From Tubulanus polymorphus (lineage: Eukaryota; Animalia; Nemertea), in assembly GCF_964204645.1 (NCBI RefSeq), contig NC_134029.1, forward strand, positions 20,330,950 through 20,394,949: a stretch of 64,000 bases of DNA, written 5' to 3'. The notes beneath the pieces were generated by a model that worked only from the letters and a program-made list of their open reading frames with translations, was not told the DNA's origin and ran no database searches. Position 1 is the first letter of the stretch, and every line of letters starts with the position of its first letter. Positions 37,913 through 50,200 of the stretch are shown in pieces. Both the position numbers and the translations under genes were made by a program.

Positions 37913-38601
37913 AATTGTGGATTATTTTCAGCGAAACCTGTATCGAAATTGAAAAAAAGAAACTTAAATCAATAAGTTCGGAGAATGCATGGACTTAATT
38001 CTTCATGGAATGATTCAATTAACCCTTCATGAACCAATCAAAGCTCTTTCGGAACTGATGTCGATTAACTTAGATTCATTGCTTCATCTTATCAGGGTGG
38101 CTACATTATGCTTTTTCAGTGACTATTCCCCGAAACACACATCGTTTTCCCCCAACCTGATCGGCTCCAATCGATTAACACAGTCAAATTTGTAAGACAT
38201 GATTATATATCCGATGCCCAACTTAAGATTTACTCAGATTCCCTGCCTTTTTTAATACAAAAGAAACCAGATAAGTGAGATAACATGAAACTAACACATT
38301 TCTTTTATGATTTATCTTTCATCTCATGGAAGGTCACAATACAGACACCACGATATTTAAAAATTATCAAAATAAAACCAATGCCTGCGATATTTCATTT
38401 ATAAAGGGTGCAAAAACGGCCAACCAGCCAAGGGCAAGGAAGATACATGCCAACATGACAACAAACTCCACGTTGGCCACAAGTTTAAATCCTTTGTCAT
38501 CGGGTTATTTACGTATTATTACAGCTAATCGAACAACTAACTTCATTACTGAAATCAAACACATAATATTTAGCAGGACATAACATTAATTCAACACTTA
38601 C

Positions 38602-39032
38602 AAGGACTATAAAACGACTTTAAAATTCGTTCAATCCGGCGTACCATAGACGATAGCTACTTTCACTTCCGCGTTGGCTCCACGCCGGAAGTTGCAATAA
38701 CGTTTTTCCCCATTAAATTCAATTCAATTATTTCTCAATTCTATTTTCCTGATGATAGCTATTTTTTCTAGTGGTTCAATAGACATTTGATAATGAATGA
38801 TTTTACAATTGTATGGATTTCGTAAACATTCTTATCTCTTGTATCTTGTATCTCCCTATCCGCAATTTGTCCGGTGCGTATTCCGATAATAGGTTCCGTG
38901 TACTTACTTCCGCGGATGATGACAGTTCAGTTCAACGCAGTCTCCACGGTAGTAGCAGTAGCTTAGCAAAAATCTGGATTATTGTTCTGAAGAAGGCTCT
39001 AACACTAACGAGAAGAAGTTAAAACTAAAAAG
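38602..39032. promoter_or_regulatory. Putative bidirectional promoter with non-coding first exons of La (-) and the P4-ATPase (+)
   Basis: Outward-facing donors (minus gtaagt at 38601; plus ag|gtaatt at 39033), acttccg/ccggaagt ETS-like motifs (~38665-38692, ~38906) and an Inr-like tcagtt at ~38927. Confidence 0.55.
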
Positions 39033-39814
39033 GTAATTACAAAATTTATCTTTCAATATCATCAATCCGATTCATAACCAACAAACTAAAAAACAGTGTA
39101 AAATGGATATAAAAACGATGATTTATTTATCCGGACTGCTCAACTCTGCTGATTCAATTATTAAGAGACCTATTTAAGGTATGCACACCGAAAATTAAGC
39201 GAAATATCCCAAAAAGATCGTGGACTATTGAAAATAAAAAGACTTTAGTCCGATCGTGAGTGACGACCTGGACCAGGCTGTCTGTATGGATGGAGCTGCT
39301 TTTTGGTTTTAGTCTTTTTTAGTGTCTTTCAACTTCAAGTTTGGGCAGGCCTGCCCTGGACTATTGTTACAGGCCTACAGCAGCTGTAGGCGGCCTTTAA
39401 CCACACATCCAGTTATTGACTACCTACGAAGTCTCTATCTTAAATTTGTGTCTAAAATGAGCTAGAGGCCTAATAAAAAATCCAGCTCTAGCTAAGCCTC
39501 AGAAGTAAGACTATTTATTTCTGATTTAATACCTATTTTTGCTACTTAGCCCTACATATGTTTATCTTCTAGTTTCCCTAACAGATTTTCACCCACAGTA
39601 ATTTATAATTGATCGAATGATGCTGATTGCAACACATCAGGATCTCCGTAGGACTATAAATCATTTGTTAGGCCTATCTGGTTTTACGACTCGTTAATGA
39701 ATCGTAATGAGTTGTTTAGTCACCCGTGTTACTGTAATGTCAATTGCTAATTGATATCAGGGGCCGATCCAGGGAGACTTGTACGAGTCCATCAAATTTT
39801 TTGTGTGCTCTATC

Positions 39815-39990
39815 AACATCTTCTTCTTTAGAGTAATGTGGAGGACCCGTAGTTGGGCATTGTCCCACAGCGTCTTTTTTTTTTTTTTAATCAGTGAGTC
39901 GACGAACACTGATATGTGTCCTGCCTGAATGCATGGTTTCACTAGGATTCGAACCCTCAACCTCTCAGTTGTGAGCAACTACAAAGTGCT
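39815..39990 (-). mobile_element. tRNA-derived SINE-like fragment
   Basis: Minus strand has B-box gggttcgaatcc followed by body sequence and a short (aag)n tail. No complete cloverleaf. Confidence 0.4.
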
Positions 39991-40689
39991 CTTTTGGGAT
40001 GTGACAAGTCCGCCACTAGATCCGCCGTCTTGCTTGAGTATAGATAAAAAATTATGGCACAAATGTTTTTCGAAACTTTTAAGTTCACTCAGTTGAAAAT
40101 AGTTGACTTAACCTCATTGGACCTTAAAAAAATATATTTAACAAAGTGTAGATAGGTAGGATGTAGAAGTTAACAACAGTCTTCTTACTTCGTCGAAGCT
40201 ACAGTTAAACTATGCATAAATCGGTACGATTGGGACCAGGATAGAATCGAGTTTAGGTAGTGTACAGTATAAAAATTTGCTTACAAAACCACTGAATTAC
40301 CAGTTTACCGAGATAAACAGTACAAATTTAGGAGGAGTCTACTGTAATTGGGATAGGCCTATGACAATGATGCAGGAACTTTCTTGAAATTTGAAATTTT
40401 CATCCTAATCTCCTTGAAAACCCCTTATATCCAGGAAGGAATGATCTGTAGGGACCATGAATAATTAGCCTTTACTGAAGGGTTACCAACCACTGACCGA
40501 AATACACCAGTAAAGGTTTATACGAGAAAAGCGTTCTTGATATTCTGCTTGGTGTCTGTATATATCCAATGTTAGCAGTGCCGTTGAGCACACACGGTCT
40601 TTACAAATAGAGACATAGTAGTGGATGGGACTGTGTGCATGATACTTTGCAATGCTTTAATTTCCTCGGACCGCATGACATTCGAGCCT

Positions 40690-42290
40690 AATTCCAGCGT
40701 AGATAGATTAAAGCACTGTCAGCTATGCGTGCTGTGCTTCGGTGACGCGAAATTTTTTAAGCAATCATCTAAATCGAAAGTTATGGTAAATCGCTTGTTC
40801 TGAAAGAAAATTTAATGAAATTATTCGATTATGAAATCCTGCGTTCAAGGTCGGTAGGTTTCCACGCTTATCTTCTATACAGTTTCTAAGCTGGGATAAG
40901 CGTGGATTAAAACCATTATTACCAGGTGGATTCTGATCGAGTGCGCGTGTGGCTTGGCTCGAGGCGTTGTTATGATTCTTTATTCTACTCGAACTCGGAT
41001 TTATTTTCCATTTTCCCAGTTCTTTCAACTCGTTGATCGCGCGAATTTCGTCGAAAACGCCGAGAGCATCTCGTTGGAAGTTTTCCACGTTGGAGAATCT
41101 GGTTTCTTCAATCGATATATACGCATGAAACGAGTGGTGTTTTTACTCGGGGAAGACTGTGCGAGTATAATCTTATCTCAGTTTGCGGAGCTTTTCACGT
41201 CGCATAACGTATAGATAAGCGGTTAAGTGCTGGAACAACTCCCATCGAGATGAGACAGTTCGTGCGTCTGCCTCGGGTTTCAAAGTTCCTTGTACATTAT
41301 TGGAGAAAACGAAATAAGCTGCGGTCGCACGGAGATGATTTGGCCCGGATCAGACCCGAGTTGAATTTGGCCCTCGCCTAATTAGAAAGCGCGGTCGCAC
41401 GCAAACCACTCACTCGATACTAAATAATGCCGTGAGTCGCTTTCGTAATAACTTAACGTTTACACGCAATAATTTGACACCTGCTGAAATTTGACCATCG
41501 CATCTTCGCTTGCCAGGATTTGATTGCCGCCCGCTGAAGCATGTGATTGGCTAGATATATAGATGGGTGGCCGCTGAGTTCAATCAAACCCTGGCAAGCG
41601 AGGATGAAATTTCACGGGCCTGGTCTGATGTTTCTGGCCGGGCTAAATTTGGCCCGGGTCAAACATGCATGGGTCGTACGGTTGGCCCGGCCCGGAAAAC
41701 GCTGACAGTGTGACCGCGGCTGTAGATATCGTCGTGTCCACCAGCTATCATCGACCGGTGATTGACCGATCGGAGTGTTCGAGGATGTACGACTCATCGT
41801 CGTTGTGCGTGTTCGGCGTTATATCGCTTATTGATTTTTTTATCAATCTTTTCCGCGCGGTTCGACGTTCGTGATATATGTGTCAGCATGTACGCGCGCC
41901 GCACGCTGGTATGTAACTACGTAAGTCGGGGCAGATTGCATAATCCGCGCTAGGTATGTTTCACCGTCGGTGATCAGCTTCCTATTGACCGCCTCGGTCG
42001 AACAGGAAATTAGCGGGAATATTTTGCAGTCGTCGCGCGTTGTTTGCGAAGATTGGTACATTCCGGAATCGGTGATAATCGAGGTAATCTGTCGGCGGCT
42101 TTTGGGGAGTTCGACATTCCTTCCTAGGAAGTAATAATCCTCGGTTCGTCGTGCTTGGCTTCTTTTCGCCGGTCTCCGGCTCTTTAATGAACCTCGATTT
42201 CTGTTCGTCGAGTTTCCGCGAGGCGTTTGGCTTCGGTAAGTTCGTTTCGTTCGAAAGGGTTTTCGATTCTTTGTTTCATAGATCTTTCAG
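40690..42290 (-). pseudogene. Unidentified decayed coding sequence within P4-ATPase intron 1, interrupted by a MITE
   Basis: CpG-rich exon-like composition; long frames with isolated stops (TLKPEADARTVSSRWELFQHLTAYLYVMRREKLRKLR*DYTRTVFPE*KHH...NFQRDALGVFDEIRAINELKELGKW); splice-like sites at ~42290, ~40923 and ~40800. Confidence 0.4.
41317..41721. mobile_element. Harbinger-like MITE with nested 106-bp TIR element (41501-41606)
   Basis: TIRs agctgcggtcgcac / gtgtgaccgcggct; degenerate relative at ~49270-49545. Confidence 0.7.
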
Positions 42291-43364
42291 CTACAGTAGG
42301 AAAACTAACCTTCATTCAAGAGAAGAAAAGTCTTTAAATCTCACTTCAATTATTGGTCATGCTAAAAAGTCATTTAGGCCTAGGGCTGTGATTTCTTGTA
42401 GGGTCCCTATGACCCCTCGATTCCTCAAACCCCTAAACCAAAAATGCTTATAAAGGTGCTTGAATATCCTTGAATTTTGAGCAAAATGTCCAAAAGTCCT
42501 TGAAAACTGCTTGAATTTTGAGAAATTTGACAATTACAAAAATTCTTCAGTTTTAAGGCCTCTAGTTATTATACACACAGATTCCACAGAATTTGATTGT
42601 TAAATAAGATAAACAGTACCGATTTGGGAGGAGTCGAACGTTCTTGGAATATGAAAGTGATGCAGATGCTTCCTTGAAATTTGCAATTTTCTTCTTGAAA
42701 ATCTTGGAAAAGTCCTTGAATTCTGGAATGACTGATCTGTAGGGACCCTGATGGAATTTTAATGATTATAATTAAATGATACAATTAATTCTTGTAGAGG
42801 TATGGAATTTTTTAGTTATTCGTTTCAGTTCTAACTTCGTTCATTTCGTGAAAATTATGTATAAATAATAAATTATATATAATATATTAATGTTTCATTT
42901 TTGATTTATTTAGATTTCATTAATTTTGTTATGCGTTGATGCGGGCTGGAATATGATGAATATCAAATTCATTATTACTCTTTCTATATTCGATGTTGAA
43001 TAGGCTTCTGTATTTGTAGTATATATTTGTAGTATCTCTATTAGTCGTGTCTGAATTTACTGAAAATGTTTTTTGACTGAAAGCTGTGCAAATATATGTA
43101 TGAAATGAATCTACGCTATTAGCTTTCAACCACTCACTCTGTTTGAACGGTAGATATGTATTTAGAAGTATCTTAGATAATAGTTAACTAAAACCGATTA
43201 GGTGCATGGAAGTGAATAATTTCTCGGGAGGGGTTCTTCAAGATAGCTGGGGGGAGGGGTTTAAGTGTGTGTCTAAGGCGTTTTATTAAAAGATAACAAC
43301 ATTGCGAAATAATGTTCATAACCTTGTTACTGTACATGACTTGCGCAATAACGCGTTAATAAAG

Positions 43365-43573
<209 letters not shown>

Positions 43574-44205
43574 ACTTTCAAGCCATGCAATTGATAACTA
43601 ATGATCTGACATAATCCTGATGATGATTTGTTGGTCTTATGAAATTCATTTGGTTTTGAAGAAAGCCGGATTAAAACTTACACATTGTAGAGCAAGTCAA
43701 CTGTGGGCTATGAATGAATACGGGTTAACGTTACATTATGAAGATTAGTCTCTGTACTTAGTTATTTAATGACAAACTCCTCATTCTCAGTGACTTAACA
43801 AAACCATTATAGGGGCCTAACGGTCTAAATTTGGCCCGTTCCAATTTTGTATGGACAAAACGTTCACACTAGCGAAATTTTGAGCCCGATTCCAAATTGG
43901 TCCGTTCCATTTAAGACGGTTCCGATTCGGAATGACCCTTAAAGACCGATCCAAATTTTGGAACAGACTAAATCTATTCATGGGGACATCTTGCAGGGCA
44001 AGTCATAACCATCTGTAGCCAATTCAGCAACTTTTGCTCGACCCACGCCAAATGGTCTCCGGATGATCGCAGATTAATATACCTACTTTGCATTTTCTAT
44101 ACTAGATTTAATCAACACGTAAATTTTAACCGAAGCTTCATTTTCTTGTACATTTCAGAATCCGATGAATTTCACAAGCGTAATAAACGTTGAATCGAAT
44201 TGAAA

Positions 44206-47200
44206 ATGAGTTCATGTTGGAAAGAAGAATTATATATCGGTAAGTTATAGCTTTCAGCTAGTAATAACTGTATACAGTGGGCATGGTGTCAGTAACACTT
44301 GTTGATTTTTTACTGATATATATGTATAGTCAATAGATTATTGATTCATCGGTCCAAACGGCACATATGTTGTCCGTATACAATACAATACGTACACCAC
44401 TGAGAAATTATATAGAAGAATGTCGATATGCGCAATTTTTTATCGTCTATCTGGTTGAAATTGAGGCCTAATACTTTCTCACACGACGGAAATCTCGGGC
44501 CCGTGTGCGATAAGAAGGGTTTCAATTGTTCAAAGATTTTAGCCATAGAATTTCTGGATAATCAGTTGATCGTGTTCGTTTCAGTGCGCAATAATAAACA
44601 AGCACATATGAAAAATAGCGTATATATTGCTTAATCCTTTCAGTGCATCTACACCGCAGTGCGGTGTATAAATCAGTGATAGATTTTGCTAGTACACCGC
44701 ACTACGGTGTATTGATGTAATTAGTAATTAGTAACTATCTCTTGAAAAATGGCAGCACCTCAAACATAGTGAAATACTAGTAACTAACGATACACCGCGT
44801 CATAGTGGTATTCCCGTTATTCAACACACTAGGGTGGAAATTTTTAAAAAATTTCAAATTATCTCTAGCACTATAGGGTATTAACTCTAGCACTATAGGG
44901 TATTAACTAGTCAGCACTGAAAGGGTTAATACTGGCGATTATAAATGATGTAATAGATTATTTTGGATTTGAGTATTGCGATAAATGACTGGCAACCAGT
45001 CTAGCCCCGGCAAAAATAATTGATAAAATCTATCAAAAATGAGATAAGAGTCATGAAATAAGTTTGATAACAAAAATGGGCCTTAACGCCAAAATTCAGA
45101 ATTGTGATTATTTTCAAACGCCAATATTGATGATGTAGTGCACATTGACTCACACAGAACCCCAACAATGCATACTATAGGTATCAATATATATGAATAT
45201 TATTGTAACGGTTTTTACGGCGTCCAAAAAATTGTAGCCTGTTAGCGAATTCTGATATCTTTGAAATACAGTTCAAGGTAAACAATTTCTCGTCCTTCAG
45301 CGCACTTATCTTTATGAAGAAAAAAAAATGAAAACTGCTTGCTGGTACATTTTAATCAGATTATGAAATAAGGTCCTGGCCTGGATTGGATCAGTAACCA
45401 TTGATAAGACGCTATATCCGTGTTAAGGACGATATTATGAAGAGAATTATGCAATGATAACAAAAATGTTTCCTTGAACCATTTAGAGTCCATGCTTGAA
45501 CTTAATGGTTTATTTGAAATTTCTAATGCCTTCTAATAATCATACTTCCAATATTCCTGAAGATGATGACTATCAGAATATATAGTCGCAACATCGAATA
45601 AACTATGAGCGCAAGGAAACATTTTTGGACTTTGTATTTTTTGTTATCATTGTGCGATTCTCTATAGATCGGATCACTGTTTCCCGCTCTATATACCACT
45701 GTCTACGGAATGTTAAGGTGTTAACAATTTTTCTGAAGGATTTTCAAATTCTACGTTAGATATTTACTTAGCTCTCCTTGTTCGTCATTGTGTTGTGTTG
45801 AATTTACATGTACTATTATATACTCGGTCTTTGAGCCTGCGTTTTATGCGTGTCTGTGACATTTTAGGTCCATTAAAAACGAGATTTTACGAATTCAACC
45901 TATTTAGACGTGCCGGTTATTAGTTACAAGATATTTTTTTTATGCCGCAAAAAACGTTTAATGTTTATACGCCGTCGGGCTATGAAGATGAGCAGTTTTC
46001 TGGTGTTGTTTGTATAGATATACCCCTATGCCTCCCTGAATATATCACGCAGTAAATGTGCAATTAGTCATCATCTATAAAGCGATTTAAATCAAACACG
46101 CAACGATGAATATTTCATGCTTTTTAATATCGACGACACATGTACAAATGTACAAGTTATTTCCTGAAAAACTGGGGTTTTTCAATAGGCTATCATTTCA
46201 TTGTCTGAATAGCTACATGCGTAATATTGGTATCAATTGAACCAGAAGATTCTGAACTAAGCGTTGATGTTTGTTTTGTATTAATTGAAACAGCAAGTTT
46301 TGTATGAAGCTCAAAATGAAAAAGTGTTCTTTTAGACTTTTTACTTGTAAGATTCACTAGCATTTCACCGGGCACTCAATTCCATGCAGCGCTGCTAGAT
46401 GTCAGCACTATAGTTTTGTTCCAAATACGGCATATCCTCTTTATGTATTTTTGGTATAACGAGATTTGTTCGATTGCGTAGAAACGTTTGAGAAAATACT
46501 GCAGGGATTTCCCTTGAAAATCACCTCTATAAGCCAGTCACCAGTAAAATGTTGACTGTAGCATGATAATGTCTGTTCATTTCCATTTGGGAAAATTGAA
46601 AAATCACCCATGAAATACTTGGGAAAAGCTTGGGAAAAGCTTGGGAATTTTTAATTCATATGACTGTGGGATCCATGAGTTTATGATAATCGCCGATTAG
46701 AGATCTCCGATCGTAATAAAATAAATAATATAATATATATAATGTATAACGGATGTATAATGGTTTCGTATTTTTAATTGTAAGTTATGAAGATCCGCCA
46801 CCAGGTTTCCTGGTATATATATAGCTTAGATATTAACTTTTTTTTTCTGAAACGATATCGCGTTTCCATGGTTCTCGTAACAGCCGTTCTTAGAATTTAC
46901 TCGAGAAATAAGCTGTCAAAACTAGAGTCATGCTTGGGGGGAGGGTGACAACAGGATTGATTATTACTGGTGATGGTTTTGAAAATTAGATGCGGAATAT
47001 GTTGTTATTGGCTTCGTAGCCACGACCGCATTAGACTGTCTTAGCTGCTGTCGGATCTTATAGCATTGGCCAAATTATTCCGTGTGAATGCTAATTAATT
47101 CTAGAAGTGACTGACGCCTCACTAGCCACTGAATATTTCGATCAATTCAGGTTGGCCGCTTACCTGGAAATGGGGGGAAAAGTTGGGAATTTTCTTTTCT

Positions 47201-50200
47201 AAAGCTAAAAATCTGGGGGGGTGGTCAGGTGTTAGATCGCGTGTATAATCAAACAGTTTCCGTCTATGTTTAACGTATATTTGACTGCGTTAATTGATCG
47301 GATTCTTACCTGATCAAGTCACAGAAAACAGCGTGCATGTCAGGGAATAGTCGGGGGGAGGGGGGGCAGAAAGCAAGTCAAATAAAAGTGGCCACCCTGG
47401 AATTTCCATCGAACAAGTATGCATACAGTAACCAAGTATGTATACGGGAATAAGGGTTATTTGAATTTAGTTCTACGTTATGTCCCTTTTGGAATACCTC
47501 CAGACGTGCGTAAATTTACTACTGCTAGCCAATGCAGGATATACCGTAATGAAAATTCTTCGTAATTTGCTCGCAGCTGATTTCAAACTGCTCCGGGATC
47601 CATATTGCGTTCATGTTGAATTGTATAGTGAAATCGACTTTGAAAAATTGATGACATAGTTTAATCAGCGCCGGGCCTTGTTTACAAGCGGAAGTATGAA
47701 TAATATTCGATATGAATACTTTATGCATGTCGGGTTCTGGTTATGAAAGATCGTTGGCTATGCGTCTGAGGCCGTATGGAAATATGACTAGTTATCTAAT
47801 AATATTCCTATTTATGTTCGTTCTCTGTTTACTACGTAATAAACAAGAATGTTTTTAGATGAAGGTAATTATAATCTAATTCATTAGGTCCGACAATGCC
47901 TATGCAATCGTGTTTCTATATATACAGGGTGGCCACTAACGTGGAAAGCCTAGAAAACTGGGAATCCGAAAAATCTAGAACACATCAGGTAAATTCGGGG
48001 AATTTTGTGTTATAACATGGAAAAATCAGGCAAAACTCCAGGGCCCGGTTTCATAGACTGGGTATCAAAGTTATCCCTAGGGGTAAATCCTCAATTTGGG
48101 TGACAACCACCATAGTAACAATGATAAACCATGGTTATAACTGACAAATTTCAAAATCTTTCTTCCACATCTATGAAACCCAGCCCAGGAATTTGTAAAT
48201 TGGCAGAAAGTGGCCTCCTTGATTTAATGTATCTGTTTACCTAATAATTGAGAATATTTTTTAATGAAGGTAGCGATTTATAGAAAAATACTATAATACT
48301 AAATATATTACTAAACTGGCCAATAGGACCCTTGAATTCGACTATAATCAAATTCAAGGGTACTATCGGCCAGTTTTGGATGTAAGATTTACTCCTGACG
48401 CGTGGATGGCTATTGCTTCGTCGAGTAGGCCTACCGATGAATAGTCTACGCAGAATTTAAGTAAACGACTGTCTGTAAATGTCCTCAGTAATGGTAATGA
48501 TAAAAGATGGATTGTCATTGATTGTTATGTATGTATAGATACTCATCAATCAGTCAGTCAGTTAGCTCTTCTTCGCCCGTTTAGTTAATTACGAACGTTT
48601 AACGACATGCAAAACTCTCTATAGCTGTCGTAAATGACATAACGCTGTAATTTCCGATTAGGATTTACGCTAGTCAAAATCGCGCAGTAATCTAATCGTT
48701 TCGTAGATAATGAACCGAACAGTAATTGTGGGGCTGACCCGCGTGGACGTCGGTTTTATAACACCAAGTAGAATTTATGTTCTCAGAATCGGGCAGTAAT
48801 CTAATCGTTTCTTCGATAATGAACCGAACAGTAATCGTGGGGCTGACCCGCGTGGACGTCGGTTTTATAACACCAAGTAGAATTTATGTTCTCAGAATCG
48901 GGCAGTAATCTAATCGTTTCTTCGATAATGAACCGAACAGTAATCGTGGGGCTGACCCGCGTGGACGTCGGTTTTATAACACCAAGTAGAATTTATGTTC
49001 TCAGAATCGGGCAGTAATCTAATCGTTTCTTAGATAACGAACTAAGCAGTTATGGGACTGACCCGCTCGGGCATCAGTTTTATTACTCCATTCGAAATCA
49101 CAATGTGTGTGCAACTGGCTTCGACGGAAGCCATAGATACAAAAAGGGTTATACTGGGGTCTAGTTTCACAAAAATGTTGAGCTCTATTTTATTTCTTCA
49201 TAGTTCATTTATTCAGTTTATCTAGAATCTTTTAATTAGTTTTTTTGGGACCCTGTATTAACCGGCCCTTCTTGCATTAAGCGACAATCGCGCGAGTGAT
49301 TTTGGCCCATGCCAAATTAGGCCAGGAAAACCTGTATGGGGGCCGAAGTGGTCCCTGCCTGTCAGTCCGGTTCGAGCCAAATTTTAGCATTGGTCAAATG
49401 ATTGCTTATGAATTGCTACAGGTTCTGGAAGTGACTTACCTCACTGTTTAGTATCAAGTGAGTTGTAGGGCACGGGCCAAATTTTACTCACACTTGATCG
49501 GTGCCAATTTGACCAGGGCCAAATCGTCTCCATGTTATTGCGGTTTTATTTTCGAGAGCCTACAACGTGGCTTTTCATCAAAATTGACCAGGTCCCTATG
49601 CCTATGTCAGAAGAACTGACGTAATCTTCTAAATGAATCGAATTGTAGACAATGCCGATTTTGGTTTTCAGTTTTCAACCTATCAACGCTGATTACCGAA
49701 TTCATTCATTTATACAGATTTGCGTAAAATCGTGTTGATTCGATGTACAGGTTTCTAAATATTTCATTATCATTACGGAAACTGTTGTTGTAGAGAAGAA
49801 TTTCCAATACTTTAAGACCGGAGCAAACTTTGACATTTTGCGTCCCTATTCAGTGCGCTGCATGTGTACTGTCTTCAATTGTAACAGCTTGAATATACAG
49901 ATGTTGCCATCGGCTTTTCTTGTGGCCAATGTATAAATAAGTGACTGCTCGAGACAAAAGATCATGACATTAAAAATGTAAATTTCATTATTTCGATTCA
50001 TTTTCGTAACTGAAGTCTCATGAAACTCTTGTCACTATGTATGGGACCCTTTATTCAACCAGGCCCCCGTAGCATGATGAATATGCCAGTGGGTTCTCCG
50101 ATAATTTCTCCGGAACTGAAGGGGGGTCCGGAGCCCTCCCACGAGAAAAATTTGAAAATTTGATACGCAGATAAGGCCTATGAGCAATTTCCATTGGTAT

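Noticed and set aside
36824-37952. Several overlapping ORFs on both strands of La
   Set aside because: Shadow frames of a GC-rich CDS with no independent features.
38916-38990. ATGATGA...CTGA spaced like a C/D-box snoRNA
   Set aside because: No convincing terminal stem or recognisable rRNA guide, and it overlaps the inferred first exon.
43615-43650. ctgatga...gaaa as a further hammerhead (also ctgaaga at ~60248)
   Set aside because: No pairing stem II between the boxes.
48685-49085. CRISPR-like array
   Set aside because: Contiguous tandem units without unique spacers, no cas genes, eukaryotic intron.
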